A stretch of DNA of 64,000 bases from an uncultured Bacteroidales bacterium (GTDB lineage Bacteria; Bacteroidota; Bacteroidia; Bacteroidales; VadinHA17): the NCBI GenBank assembly GCA_963702415.1, contig CAVPCP010000008.1:199732-263731 (forward strand), read 5' to 3'. Below the pieces are notes generated by a model. The model saw only the letters and a list, made by a program, of their open reading frames with translations, did not search any database and was not told the DNA's origin. Of this stretch, positions 27,777-38,934 are shown piece by piece. Within the stretch, counting starts at the first letter, position 1. Every line of letters begins with the position of its first letter. The position numbers and the translations under genes were made by a program.

Positions 27777-29135
27777 ATGCATCAAAGGTTAAAAGTACTT
27801 CCTTATTTATTGGTTTTTGTTTTTTTAAGTCAGTGTAAAAAAGAGGAAACAGGCATAGTAAATATCCCTGATACCTTTCTACAAGTACTGATCCAAAAAG
27901 GAATTGATGCAGATGGTGATGGTACCATTAGTCATTCAGAAGCCGCAGCTATCAGGACCTTAGATATTAGTGGCAATAATCTTTCAGATATTACAGGCAT
28001 CGAATCATTTGTAAATCTTGATACACTCAATTGTTCTTTTAACAATCTATCTTCTTTGGATATATCAAATAATAAAAGATTAGTGTTTCTTGACTGCGGA
28101 CGGAACAAATTATCCACTTTAAATGTTTCAAAAAACCTCACTTTGACCACCTTAAAATGCGGAACTAATAAATTTAAAAGTTTGGATCTGACCAGAAATA
28201 CCAGGCTTAAGGAATTGATCTGTTGGCAGAATCAGCTTACATCACTGGATGTTTCAAAAAATCCGGCACTTTCTATATTATATTGCAGTGATAATCTATT
28301 GACAAGCATAGATGTCTCAAAAAATCCAAATATAACCTCTCTATTTTGCGGTAACAATCAAATAACAACAATTAATATATCAAACCATAAAGTATTGGAG
28401 TACTTGTCGTGTGGTAGCAATCAACTTACTGAGCTTAATATATCTGGTTGCAAAGCATTAAAGTACTTGAGTTCAGCGGGGAACTGGTCACTTACTTCAC
28501 TTGATCTGTCGTCCAATCTGCAGCTTGAAATATTACTTTGCGGAGAACAACTGCTGACCACTTTGGATGTTTCAAACCAACATTTTTTAAAAGAACTGAA
28601 TTGTTCTGACAGCGGATCATTAGAGACATTATCTCTTGCCGGTGATAACTCACTGATGTATCTGGATTGTTCAGGACAGAAAATTTCCAATCTGGATGTT
28701 ACGAGCTGTCATGAATTACTCTATCTTCATTGCGAGGGTCTTAAAATGACAAGCCTTGATCTCTCTCATAATACAAAACTGATTGGAATTCTGTGCAACT
28801 TTAGTGATCTGACCAGCCTTGATCTCTCAAAAAATCTCGCCTTAGAATCGTTGGCATGCAATAATTGTCAATTGACCAATCTCGATCTTTCTCACAATAC
28901 TGCTCTTGGAGTTCTTAATTGTGGAAACAACCTGTTCACCAGCCTTGATCTTACTAACAATACTGGTCTGGTAGATTTAACAAATCTTTCTCCTTACAAC
29001 GTAAGATTATTTATTAATGATATGCCATCTCTTTACAAGGTGTGTGTATGGGTCATACCTTTCCCTCCAACTGGACTTACAATAGATGCATCAGGAAGTC
29101 CCAACGTTTATTTTTCTATTGACTGTAGTAAATAG
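27777..29135 (+). CDS. leucine-rich repeat (LRR) lipoprotein
   Basis: About 18 tandem L..L.C..N.LTSLD.S.N units. Lipobox FLSQC. Confidence 0.85.
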   Translation: MHQRLKVLPYLLVFVFLSQCKKEETGIVNIPDTFLQVLIQKGIDADGDGTISHSEAAAIRTLDISGNNLSDITGIESFVNLDTLNCSFNNLSSLDISNNKRLVFLDCGRNKLSTLNVSKNLTLTTLKCGTNKFKSLDLTRNTRLKELICWQNQLTSLDVSKNPALSILYCSDNLLTSIDVSKNPNITSLFCGNNQITTINISNHKVLEYLSCGSNQLTELNISGCKALKYLSSAGNWSLTSLDLSSNLQLEILLCGEQLLTTLDVSNQHFLKELNCSDSGSLETLSLAGDNSLMYLDCSGQKISNLDVTSCHELLYLHCEGLKMTSLDLSHNTKLIGILCNFSDLTSLDLSKNLALESLACNNCQLTNLDLSHNTALGVLNCGNNLFTSLDLTNNTGLVDLTNLSPYNVRLFINDMPSLYKVCVWVIPFPPTGLTIDASGSPNVYFSIDCSK

Positions 29136-29169
29136 AGATTCTATCACATGATTTAAAAAAGCACGAAAT

Positions 29170-29485
29170 GCTAACACGGACAATATGGGTAAGTTGTTTG
29201 TCACACTTTTTGCTTTCTGTTCCTACTTCCTAGACAGGATAGTCCCGCTTGACAAACCCAGACCACGCCACTGCCACTAACAAACATCCTGTACCATGAT
29301 AGTTTACCGGCTCCGATCAAACTTGTACCGCGACACGCGTAATGCTAAATAAAACTTGTACCTGGACGGCAAAAAGTGCGCCATACCCTCCTTGCACCGT
29401 GACAGTTTTCTGGCTAAAGTACCAGGATTCTGCCCGGTGCTTGCGTCGGGTAACACAACCTCCCCATATTGCCGGGCCGTTAGCA
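29170..29485 (+). repeat. mega-attC-like site 18 (316 bp, A2)
   Basis: GCTAAC...GTTAGCA. Confidence 0.85.
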
Positions 29486-29692
29486 CACATGGATGTAAGA
29501 ACTAATTGGCCTCGCGCCGTAACTTAGATTATTTATCATGACAGTAATATATTCTAACATCTAGACTGAAAAGCCATCGCTCAGCTGCACCATGACAAAT
29601 TCTTCTTTTAACGAAATTTTGTTTACCGTGACTAATTCATGCGCCGGCCAATACTTGACAATTCCTGATATTAAGACCTCACGTGTGCTAAC
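29479..29692 (+). repeat. type-C 215-bp cassette-leader element, copy 2
   Basis: GTTAGCACACATGG ... CACGTGTGCTAAC. The left third is homologous to 49689-49770. Confidence 0.7.
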
Positions 29693-29816
29693 GGTTAAAT
29701 GTTATATTAGTTAAACGACGACAAACTTCTAGATATCAATGGATTCAATCATTTTACTATAACCAGACAATTCCGAACAGATTTAAAAACTTAATAATCT
29801 TAAAGTGATTAATACA

Positions 29817-30401
29817 ATGAAAAAAACACTGGCTCTTTTAATTCTTAGCTGCTTAAATAGCACTATTATTAATTGCCAACTACTTAGTAATCCTTCTTTG
29901 ACAGTTGAAGACTTTGAAATAGCTTTAACAAATACCTCTCAGCTAATTAATATCCTAGAAAAGCATAAATTTGAATATTCTATTGTCGGTGAAACCAAGG
30001 TAATCACACCTGGGACTATGCCAAATCCTTTAGTCCCTGATCTTAGGGCTTTCAAGTCGGTAAAATGGGAACCTAAAAAACAGGGGGAGCAACCTATTGT
30101 GGAGATAGACATGTATGAATGGGAGCCAAATTATGCTCCACATTCAGAGGTCATTAAAACAATAAGAGTCCTGATAAGACGAGATTCAACTTATGCTGAT
30201 AGAACAAACAAATTCCTTGAAGAAATTAAAAATAAATATCCGAATAGCAGCAAAAGATATTTTCGCAATAGTGAACAATTTAAATCATATGGAGAATCCT
30301 ATAATGTTTTTACCAATGATTCCAAAATTGAAGTCCGAACAGAAACAGAAAAACCAATTTCTGATCGATTTTACATTGTTAACTTTGATTTAATCAAGTA
30401 A
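29817..30401 (+). CDS. secreted protein, unknown function
   Basis: MKKTLALLILSCLNSTIINCQ signal. Sole ORF of its cassette. Confidence 0.55.
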   Translation: MKKTLALLILSCLNSTIINCQLLSNPSLTVEDFEIALTNTSQLINILEKHKFEYSIVGETKVITPGTMPNPLVPDLRAFKSVKWEPKKQGEQPIVEIDMYEWEPNYAPHSEVIKTIRVLIRRDSTYADRTNKFLEEIKNKYPNSSKRYFRNSEQFKSYGESYNVFTNDSKIEVRTETEKPISDRFYIVNFDLIK

Positions 30402-30451
30402 CCTTCTATCGGACAATTCTGCAAACTTGACAATTATAAAATACCACGCGT

Positions 30452-30841
30452 GCTAACACGGACAATATGGGTAAGTTGTTTGTCACGGTTTTTGCTTTTA
30501 CTCCTGCACGCAAGACAGCTTTGTAATGGTATATGCACCCGGACAGGCTCATCTACCCGCAATTTAAACCCTGCACCTTGCCAAATTTCTGGCTCCGAGA
30601 CAATTTGTACCGCGACACTGCGCCAGTGCACGCCACCAACTTTGTAAACGGGGATAAGTTCGCGGCTCCGACTAAATTTGTACCGCGACACGCGTAATGT
30701 TCAATAAAATTTGTACCATGATCGCAAAAACACGTGCCATACCCTCCTTGCACCGTGACAGCTTCTCGGCTAAAGTACCGGGACCCTGCCCGGATGCTGC
30801 GTCGGGTAACACAACCTCCCCATATTGCCGGGCCGTTAGGT
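30452..30841 (+). repeat. mega-attC-like site 19 (390 bp, A1)
   Basis: GCTAAC...GTTAGGT. Confidence 0.9.
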
Positions 30842-30933
30842 TTCATAGCAGGGTCCCTTCGAACGATTCCTAGACATAAATAAATTGATTATTTCTTAAG
30901 TTTGTTCTCTTTCATAATTAAATACTTAAAGCA

Positions 30934-31641
30934 ATGATAACAAAAATGAAACTACAAGTTCCCATAACCTTTATGATTATGCTTTTAGTGATTAATATGA
31001 TCAGCTGCGAGAAAGAAAATAAACCATTATTTACAGTGGATGAGCCAGTCACAGATATTGATGGAAACGTCTATAATACAATCAAAATAAACAATCAGAT
31101 ATGGATGGCGGAAAACTTAAAAACTAAGAAATTCAATAATGGTGATTTGATTGGGACAACCATTCCTCCAGATGCAGATATCAGAAGTGAAACATCACCA
31201 GTATATGAATGGGCATATAATGGAAATGCTACCAATATGGATGTATACGGTTTATTATATACATGGTATGTTGTAAATGACAATCGGAAACTATGCCCTA
31301 CAGGTTGGCATGTTCCATCTGACAATGAATGGAAGATACTTACTGATTTTCTTGGAGGTGATTCAATTGCAGGAGGCAAACTTAAACAAACCGGTACTTC
31401 ATATTATTTTACACCAAATTTAGGCGCCACAAACGAAAGTGGTTTTACTGCTCTTCCAAGTGGCCTTAGATATCCTATAGGCAGTTTCAATAGTATGGGA
31501 GATGGACCAGTTTGGTGGACCTCAACCGAATATGATAATAATAATTCGATTTTCAGGTCTCTTGGCTATTCGGGTAAATCAATAAGACGTGATTATTACC
31601 CAAAAAATTCAGGTTTTGCTGTAAGATGCATTAAAGACTGA
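30934..31641 (+). CDS. FISUMP-domain lipoprotein (Fibrobacter succinogenes major paralogous domain)
   Basis: DGNVYNTIKINNQIWMAENL, YGLLYTW, LCPTGWHVPSDNEW, GGKLK, TNESGFTALPSG, WWTST and GFAVRCIKD are the hallmark FISUMP motifs. Confidence 0.85.
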   Translation: MITKMKLQVPITFMIMLLVINMISCEKENKPLFTVDEPVTDIDGNVYNTIKINNQIWMAENLKTKKFNNGDLIGTTIPPDADIRSETSPVYEWAYNGNATNMDVYGLLYTWYVVNDNRKLCPTGWHVPSDNEWKILTDFLGGDSIAGGKLKQTGTSYYFTPNLGATNESGFTALPSGLRYPIGSFNSMGDGPVWWTSTEYDNNNSIFRSLGYSGKSIRRDYYPKNSGFAVRCIKD

Positions 31642-31677
31642 TTATATTCGCGAAAAAGGTATTAAAAGCTACGAAAA

Positions 31678-32070
31678 CCTAACATGGACAATATGGGTAA
31701 GTTGCTTGTCACACTTTTTGCTTTTGCTCCTGCACTCAAGACAGATTCGTAATGGTTCTTACACCCGGACACGCGCATCTACCAGCAATTAAAATCCTGC
31801 ACCGTGACAGTTTTCTGGCTCCGAGACAAATTGTACCGCGACACTGCGCCAGTACTCATTTTGTAACATTTGTTACATATTGACAGATCCGTTTCACTTA
31901 TCAAACTTGTACCGCGACACGCGTAATGTTCAATAAAATTTGTACCATGACGGCAAAAACTCGTGCCATACCCTCCTTGCACCGTGACAGATTTGTGGCT
32001 AAAGTATCAGGACCCTACCCGGTGCTTGCGTCGGGTAACACAACCTCCCCATATTGCCGGGCCGTTAGCA
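31678..32070 (+). repeat. mega-attC-like site 20 (393 bp, A1)
   Basis: CCTAAC-ATGGAC-AATATGGG ... GTTAGCA. Confidence 0.85.
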
Positions 32071-32083
32071 ACAACATGACAAC

Positions 32084-32659
32084 ATGAGAGTTACCCTGAA
32101 ACACATCGGATTTCTTATTGGACTAATTTTGGTAATTATAAGTCCGATGTTCAATGCAAGACAACAATCAGTTTATCTGATTTTACTTCTATCTGGATTA
32201 TTAATCGCAGGTATTTGCTTTTTAATCATCCTTTTAACAAAAAGTTCGAAAAAAAGCAAAATTCTATGGTTCTTAATTCTCTTGTCAGCAATTGCAATAC
32301 AAATATTGATAGAACCGATCTTCAATAGAATATCCTTTAGACTCTTTCTTTCACAAAATGAAAAAGTAATGGATCAAATAAACAGAATATTACTGCCAAA
32401 GGAATTCGAAATTCAGATTTTAAAAGATTCTATTTATGATAAAAATCAATTGTCTGCAAATGATAAAAAGCTGCTCAAGGACTTGATTTTGAAAGTTGAT
32501 TCCTACTACATTTCGAAATATGATAATCAAGTCTATTATGAAATATATGGATTTCTTGATTTCAGAATTGGCATAACGTATAAGCCTACACGATCACCAA
32601 ATGATAATAATCTAAAACATCTTAAAAATAATTGGTATATCCAGATGACAAACAATTAA
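32084..32659 (+). CDS. membrane protein, unknown function (copy 1 of 2)
   Basis: 3 TM helices followed by a soluble tail. Identical to 37850-38425. Confidence 0.6.
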   Translation: MRVTLKHIGFLIGLILVIISPMFNARQQSVYLILLLSGLLIAGICFLIILLTKSSKKSKILWFLILLSAIAIQILIEPIFNRISFRLFLSQNEKVMDQINRILLPKEFEIQILKDSIYDKNQLSANDKKLLKDLILKVDSYYISKYDNQVYYEIYGFLDFRIGITYKPTRSPNDNNLKHLKNNWYIQMTNN

Positions 32660-32669
32660 CAATGCAGTT

Positions 32670-33087
32670 GCTAACACGGACAATATGGGTAAGTTGTTTG
32701 TCACACTTTTTGCTTTTGCTTCTGCTTTCTAGACAGCTTTGTAATGATATATGCACCCGGACACCCACCTTCGCTCCGCTTCGGTGGGCAAAGCGCGCAT
32801 CTACCCGCAATTGAAATCCTGCACCGTGATAAATTACTGCCTTCGAGATAGTTTGTACCGCGACACTGCGCCAGTGCCCGCTACCTACTTTGTAACCGGG
32901 GATAAATTCGCGGCTCCGATCAAACTTGTACCGCGACACTCGTATAGGTCATCAAGTTTGTACCCGGACGGCAAAAAGTGCGCCATACCCTCCTTGCACC
33001 GTGACAGCTTTCTGGCTAAAGTACCAGGACCCTGCCCGGTGCTGTCGTCGGGTAACACAACCTCCCCATATTGCCGGGCCGTTATAG
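32670..33087 (+). repeat. mega-attC-like site 21 (418 bp, A1 plus TTCGCT hairpin insert)
   Basis: GCTAAC...GTTATAG. Insert CCCACCTTCGCTCCGCTTCGGTGGG at 32764-32788. Confidence 0.9.
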
Positions 33088-33196
33088 TGCATTTGGAGCA
33101 ACTGCCTGACATCAAGATGGACATAACAAACCCACTATAACGGACAAAAAGTTCTTTTCAAATTGCAATTGAAAATCTTCTTTAAAATAATGCAAC

Positions 33197-33541
33197 ATGA
33201 CTGATCTAAGCCGTATAAAAGCTGCTCTTGAATTCTTGAAAGACAACCAAGGATTCAATGTTGGTGGATTATTTGTAAGTCGCACGGATAATGTTATTCA
33301 TGTTGCTGGATCTACAAATTATAGTTTTGTAGAAAATCTCAACAAGAGAATTGCTATTAAAGAATTGGAAAACACTAAAGCAGAATTTAATGAGTATGTA
33401 GAAGCATTACCAGAATTCAAGGATTTTATGAAAAACAAGGAAATATATTACTATCTTATCTTAGATTACGATAAAGATAGTATCCCGATTTGCAGTGAGA
33501 AAAATGGTCAAATTTCTTGGGATTGCCAAATTGCTAATTAG
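33197..33541 (+). CDS. hypothetical cytoplasmic protein
   Basis: 114-aa ORF that fills its cassette. I recognise no motif. Confidence 0.45.
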   Translation: MTDLSRIKAALEFLKDNQGFNVGGLFVSRTDNVIHVAGSTNYSFVENLNKRIAIKELENTKAEFNEYVEALPEFKDFMKNKEIYYYLILDYDKDSIPICSEKNGQISWDCQIAN

Positions 33542-33629
33542 ATATCAGTCAGCACACCATGACATTCTAACAAGAAAAAATTTACCAAGATTTATCTAAG
33601 GATAATATAAAAAATTAATAACAACGCAC

Positions 33630-34018
33630 TATAACACGGACAATATGGGTAAGTCGTTTGTCACGGTTTTTGCTTTTGTTCCTGCACCCAAGACAAATTC
33701 GTAATGGTTCTTGCACCCGGACACCCGCATCTGCGCGCAATTTAAATCCTGGACCGTGATAAATTGCTGCCTTCGAGATAGTTTGTACCGCGACACTGCG
33801 CCAGAACCCGCAACCAAATTTGCAACCGGGGATAAATTCGAGGCTCCGAATAAACTTGTACCGCGATCGCACCAGCACGCAATAAAATTCGTACCATGAC
33901 GGCAAAAACACGTGCCATACCCTCCTTGCACCGTGACAGTAGACTACCTAAAGTACCAGGACACAACCGGTGCTATCGTCGGGTAACACAACCTCCCCAT
34001 ATTGCCGGGCCGTTATGC
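33630..34018 (+). repeat. mega-attC-like site 22 (389 bp, A1)
   Basis: TATAAC...GTTATGC. Confidence 0.9.
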
Positions 34019-34158
34019 TTAAGCTGTCTGGTATCTAAAGATAGTTTTAAAAGAAGCAATAATGCCTTTCACCTAAACTAACATTTGCATATCAGCTCAT
34101 TTGGAATAGAATTTGATCTTAATTAAAAAAAACAATAATCTCAATTAAAACTCTTTAT

Positions 34159-34896
34159 ATGAAAAGGATAACTTTAATAACGGCTTGTCTCTTGCTTTCT
34201 TATAAAATTTATTGCCAAGATTTCTCCACACTGATTGTTGAAGGCAAAGCAATTGTCAAAGAAATTCCAGAAAATATTCTGATCTCTATAAATCTAGCTT
34301 CCAAAGCTCCTGACTATTCAGTTTGCTCAGATAATCTGACAAAAAATTCAAATAATTTTCAAAAAGAACTAACTTCTCAAGGGATTGATCCCAAAATAAT
34401 TAAGACAAGCGGCTTTAACATTGAAGAAGACATAGAATATCAGAACAACACACGAAAGAGAATAGGATTTAAGGGAACCATGAACCTTTCAATTGAAAGT
34501 CCATTCTCCAACAAAGTCGTTTCCACTGTAATGGAGATTATTAAAAAGAATCCATACCAATTCACATATACGGTAAATTTTGTTCTTTCAGAATCTCAGA
34601 AACAAGACATAATAAATCACGCTATAGAGAAATCCATTGCTGATGCTAAATTGAAAGCCGAAATTATTGCAAAAGCATCAGATCTTGAATTAGTAAGAAT
34701 TAACTCCATAAAGTATTCAAAGGATTATTTCAGTTATGAAACTAACAATGATGTGATTAGCCTAGTAAATCAAAGGATACGGTATAATGAACCCATGTTA
34801 ATGGTAATGGCTCCAACAGATGAAATGACTATCAATCAAGAAGAATTGGCAGTTGAGAAAACTGTAACTGTAGAATGGATCACAAGATCAAAATAA
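34159..34896 (+). CDS. SIMPL/DUF541-like secreted protein
   Basis: Signal peptide. The start (VEGKAIVKEIPENILISINL) and the overall length resemble the SIMPL family. This is my recollection only. Confidence 0.5.
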   Translation: MKRITLITACLLLSYKIYCQDFSTLIVEGKAIVKEIPENILISINLASKAPDYSVCSDNLTKNSNNFQKELTSQGIDPKIIKTSGFNIEEDIEYQNNTRKRIGFKGTMNLSIESPFSNKVVSTVMEIIKKNPYQFTYTVNFVLSESQKQDIINHAIEKSIADAKLKAEIIAKASDLELVRINSIKYSKDYFSYETNNDVISLVNQRIRYNEPMLMVMAPTDEMTINQEELAVEKTVTVEWITRSK

Positions 34897-34905
34897 AAGC
34901 CTAAG

Positions 34906-35219
34906 CATAACACGGACAATAAAATTAATAGGTTTGTCACAAGTTTTGCTTTTGCTCCTGCACAAAAGACAGCCTTGTGAACGGGGATAAACCCGGACCG
35001 CGCCACTGCAACGCATAAAAATTCTGCACCGTGACTAATAAATCGTTCGCATCAACTTTGTACCTCGACACGCGTAATGCCCAGCTAGCTTTGTACCCGG
35101 ACGGCAAAACTTGCGCCATACCTTCCTTGCACCGCGACAAATTTCTGGCTAAAGTACCGGGACCCAATCCGGTGCTGCGTCAGGTAATACCTACTAATTT
35201 TATTGCCGGGCCGTTAGTG
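34906..35219 (+). repeat. mega-attC-like site 23 (314 bp, A5)
   Basis: CATAAC-ACGGAC-AATAAAATTAATAGGT ... ACCTACTAATTTTATT-GCCGGGCC-GTTAGTG. Confidence 0.85.
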
Positions 35220-35262
35220 GTAATGCCTGCCTATCAACTACATAAGAAAACTGAAAAATCAA

Positions 35263-35598
35263 ATGATTACAAAATCAGAAAGAAATAACCTAATACTCTC
35301 CATTGTTTCTGTCGGTTCATTAGCCGTCGCCTTATTACTTAATCTTTTCCGAGCTGAGTGGTTTGGAGTCATTAAGGGATATGCACCCCATAATGCTGGT
35401 TTTAATTTTTTATACTTCTTCCCATTAATTTTTCTACATTTTATAACTGCATTAATTTCTTTAATTTGGTTATTATTAAAATGGGATTCAAGGCAAAATA
35501 AAAGAATAAAGCGGATAACATTCGTACTTATACTTCCATCAATGATTTTCTTTATAATATCAATAGCAAAAATAATAAGCATACTACGAATTAATTAA
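35263..35598 (+). CDS. small membrane protein
   Basis: 111 aa with 3 hydrophobic helices. Confidence 0.5.
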   Translation: MITKSERNNLILSIVSVGSLAVALLLNLFRAEWFGVIKGYAPHNAGFNFLYFFPLIFLHFITALISLIWLLLKWDSRQNKRIKRITFVLILPSMIFFIISIAKIISILRIN

Positions 35599-35653
35599 TA
35601 AACATTTTTAAGAGTTGGTTATGTTCTTAAACTATGATTGAAAAAGCACTAAC

Positions 35654-36044
35654 CACTAACTCGGTCAATATGGGTAAGTTGTTTGTCACGGTTTTTGCTT
35701 TTGCTCCTGCACCCAAGACAAATTTGTAATGGTTGTTGTACCAGGACACGCGCATCTGCTCGCAATTTAAATTCTGCACCGTGATAAATTTATGGCTTCG
35801 AGACAGTTTGTACCGCGGCACTGCACCAGTGCCCGCCACCAACTTTGTAACCGGGGATAAATTCGCGGCTCCGATAAAACTTGTACCGCGATCGCACCAG
35901 CACGCAATAAAATTTGTACTCGGACGGCAAAAACACGTGCCATACCCTCCTTGCACCGTGACAGTTTCTCGGCTAAAGTACCAGGACCCAACCCGGTGCT
36001 TGCGTCGGGTAACACAACCTCCCCATATTGCCGGGCCGTTAGGT
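35654..36044 (+). repeat. mega-attC-like site 24 (391 bp, A1)
   Basis: CACTAAC-TCGGTC-AATATGGG ... GTTAGGT. Confidence 0.85.
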
Positions 36045-36249
36045 TTCATGCTCGGGGCGACCGACGCTAACGTCACTTATCAAATTCGTCATGACTGATA
36101 ATTTTCGTCCATCTATCAGGACTTCTCCACCTACCAGATTTTGCATGATAAGACCGGCTTGGCCAAAACACCTTGCAAATGATAATTCCCGGTAAAAATA
36201 GGAACGAGATTTGTTGCCTCTAAGAATATTAAATTTAATAAACTAAATC

Positions 36250-36525
36250 ATGAAAACACTTTTCAAGTCTTTATTAATACTTATTGTAAGTACCGAGTTT
36301 CTTGCGTGCAACCACCAGATTCCAGTATCAAGAGTTAGTCCTGAGAACAACAAAACGTATAGAGTTGATTTTCTTTTTGAACACGATGGTTGTAAAGTTT
36401 ATCGTTTCCGTGATTATGGAAATTATGTCTATTTCACTAACTGTAATGGTGATGTAACAAGTATCAGATCCGATTCCACCGAAATGCGTACTATAAACGC
36501 TATTAGTATTGACGATAGAAATTAA
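36250..36525 (+). CDS. small lipoprotein
   Basis: MKTLFKSLLILIVSTEFLAC lipobox. 91 aa. Confidence 0.5.
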   Translation: MKTLFKSLLILIVSTEFLACNHQIPVSRVSPENNKTYRVDFLFEHDGCKVYRFRDYGNYVYFTNCNGDVTSIRSDSTEMRTINAISIDDRN

Positions 36526-36602
36526 TTATTGGTGTTTATAATGGACTGAGCCATGATGAATATAACGCAATTCTTAGGATAAAAAAAATAAATGCACGAA
36601 AA

Positions 36603-36918
36603 CCTAACACGGACAATATGGGTAAGTTGCTTGTCACATTTTTTGCTTTTGTTCCTGCTACCAAGACAGGATAGTACCACTTGACAAACCCAGACCGCTC
36701 CACTGCCCCCAATTAACTTAACTGCACCTAGATAGTTGACCAATAACTTGACAACTCTGTACCGCGAAGCTCGTAAAGTTCATAAAACTCGGTACCCGGA
36801 TGGCAAAAAATGCGCCATACCCTCCTTGCACCGTGACAGTTTTCTGGCTAAAGTACCAGGACACAACCGGTGCTGTCGTCGGGTAACACAACCTCCCCAT
36901 ATTGCCGGGCCGTTAGTG
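36603..36918 (+). repeat. mega-attC-like site 25 (316 bp, A2)
   Basis: CCTAAC...GTTAGTG. Confidence 0.85.
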
Positions 36919-36994
36919 GTCAGTTTGTACCTAGAATTATATCCTCGCAACCAATTAAAAAGTCCTATATTCAAGTTTTTCAATTACGATAGAA

Positions 36995-37504
36995 ATGGCA
37001 ACAATCTTAAAATGTGAAGACAGAAATTTTCAAGAAGACCCAAATAAGATTGAAAATTTCAAGTTATACTCAGATGTTTCAAGGAAGAAAAAAGGTCTGA
37101 ATCCCAAAAATTTAAACTTCGATTTAAGGCTACTTAATCCTGGACTGTATTCTGCTCCATATCATTCTCACAGGTTTGCGGAAGAATTATTCTTGATTAT
37201 CTCAGGATCTTTGACGTTAAGAACTCCTAATGGACTTGATATTGTTTCCTCAGGTGATATGGTGTTTTTCGAAATGGGAGATTCTGGTGCACATCAGTTT
37301 TACAATCACACTTTAGAACCTTGCACATATCTGGATATTAGATCCTTTGTAGGATTCGATATTTGTGATTACCCAGACTCCGGAAAGATTCTAATCGCTC
37401 CCTCATTCGAGATTTTTAATAAGGAGGACCAAACAACTTACTTTGAGGGAGAAACAAATGTCAGGAAAAAATGGGATGACTTAAAAAATAAACCGAACCA
37501 CTAA
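36995..37504 (+). CDS. cupin-domain protein
   Basis: PYHSHRFAEELFLIISGSLTL....G......GD.VFF.....GAHQFYN matches the cupin motifs G(X)5HxH...E and G(X)5PxG..H..N. The stop TAA lies inside the R'' CACTAAC. Confidence 0.75.
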   Translation: MATILKCEDRNFQEDPNKIENFKLYSDVSRKKKGLNPKNLNFDLRLLNPGLYSAPYHSHRFAEELFLIISGSLTLRTPNGLDIVSSGDMVFFEMGDSGAHQFYNHTLEPCTYLDIRSFVGFDICDYPDSGKILIAPSFEIFNKEDQTTYFEGETNVRKKWDDLKNKPNH

Positions 37505-37836
37505 CACGGACAATATGGGTAAGTTGTTTGTCACACTTTTTGCTTTTGCTCCTGCTCCCAAGACAAATTTGTAACGGGATTGCACCCGGACGCGCGCATC
37601 TACTCGCAATTAAAATCCTGCATCGTGACAGTTTTCTGGCTCCGAGACAGCTTGTACCGCGACACTGCGCCAGTGCCCCCAACAAAAATCCTGTATCTTG
37701 ACAGTTTACCGGCTTCGATCAAACTTGTACCGCGACACCCGTAATGCTCATAAAAATTTGTACCCGGACGGCAAAAAGTGCGCCATGGCGCTTGAAGGCG
37801 CCAACACAACCTCCCCATATTGCCGGGCCGTTAGCA
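37499..37836 (+). repeat. mega-attC-like site 26 (338 bp, A1 with the right arm replaced by a mini-hairpin)
   Basis: CACTAAC...GTTAGCA. GGCGCTTGAAGGCGCC (37787-37802) stands where other copies carry an arm of about 83 nt. Confidence 0.85.
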
Positions 37837-37849
37837 ACAACATGACAAC

Positions 37850-38425
37850 ATGAGAGTTACCCTGAAACACATCGGATTTCTTATTGGACTAATTTTGGTA
37901 ATTATAAGTCCGATGTTCAATGCAAGACAACAATCAGTTTATCTGATTTTACTTCTATCTGGATTATTAATCGCAGGTATTTGCTTTTTAATCATCCTTT
38001 TAACAAAAAGTTCGAAAAAAAGCAAAATTCTATGGTTCTTAATTCTCTTGTCAGCAATTGCAATACAAATATTGATAGAACCGATCTTCAATAGAATATC
38101 CTTTAGACTCTTTCTTTCACAAAATGAAAAAGTAATGGATCAAATAAACAGAATATTACTGCCAAAGGAATTCGAAATTCAGATTTTAAAAGATTCTATT
38201 TATGATAAAAATCAATTGTCTGCAAATGATAAAAAGCTGCTCAAGGACTTGATTTTGAAAGTTGATTCCTACTACATTTCGAAATATGATAATCAAGTCT
38301 ATTATGAAATATATGGATTTCTTGATTTCAGAATTGGCATAACGTATAAGCCTACACGATCACCAAATGATAATAATCTAAAACATCTTAAAAATAATTG
38401 GTATATCCAGATGACAAACAATTAA
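37850..38425 (+). CDS. membrane protein (copy 2 of 2)
   Basis: Identical in translation to 32084-32659. Confidence 0.6.
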   Translation: MRVTLKHIGFLIGLILVIISPMFNARQQSVYLILLLSGLLIAGICFLIILLTKSSKKSKILWFLILLSAIAIQILIEPIFNRISFRLFLSQNEKVMDQINRILLPKEFEIQILKDSIYDKNQLSANDKKLLKDLILKVDSYYISKYDNQVYYEIYGFLDFRIGITYKPTRSPNDNNLKHLKNNWYIQMTNN

Positions 38426-38435
38426 CAATGCAGTT

Positions 38436-38853
38436 GCTAACACGGACAATATGGGTAAGTTGTTTGTCACACTTTTTGCTTTTGCTTCTGCTTTCTAGAC
38501 AGCTTTGTAATGATATATGCACCCGGACACCCACCTTCGCTCCGCTTCGGTGGGCAAAGCGCGCATCTACCCGCAATTGAAATCCTGCACCGTGATAAAT
38601 TACTGCCTTCGAGATAGTTTGTACCGCGACACTGCGCCAGTGCCCGCTACCTACTTTGTAACCGGGGATAAATTCGCGGCTCCGATCAAACTTGTACCGC
38701 GACACTCGTATAGGTCATCAAGTTTGTACCCGGACGGCAAAAAGTGCGCCATACCCTCCTTGCACCGTGACAGCTTTCTGGCTAAAGTACCAGGACCCTG
38801 CCCGGTGCTGTCGTCGGGTAACACAACCTCCCCATATTGCCGGGCCGTTATAG
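38436..38853 (+). repeat. mega-attC-like site 27 (418 bp; copy of site 21)
   Basis: GCTAAC...GTTATAG. Confidence 0.9.
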
Positions 38854-38934
38854 CCAATTCTCACTAAATGTGACAGTTTGGTAATTTCCAATAAATTTTA
38901 CCATGACAATTTTCTAGTTAACCCAATATTCAGA

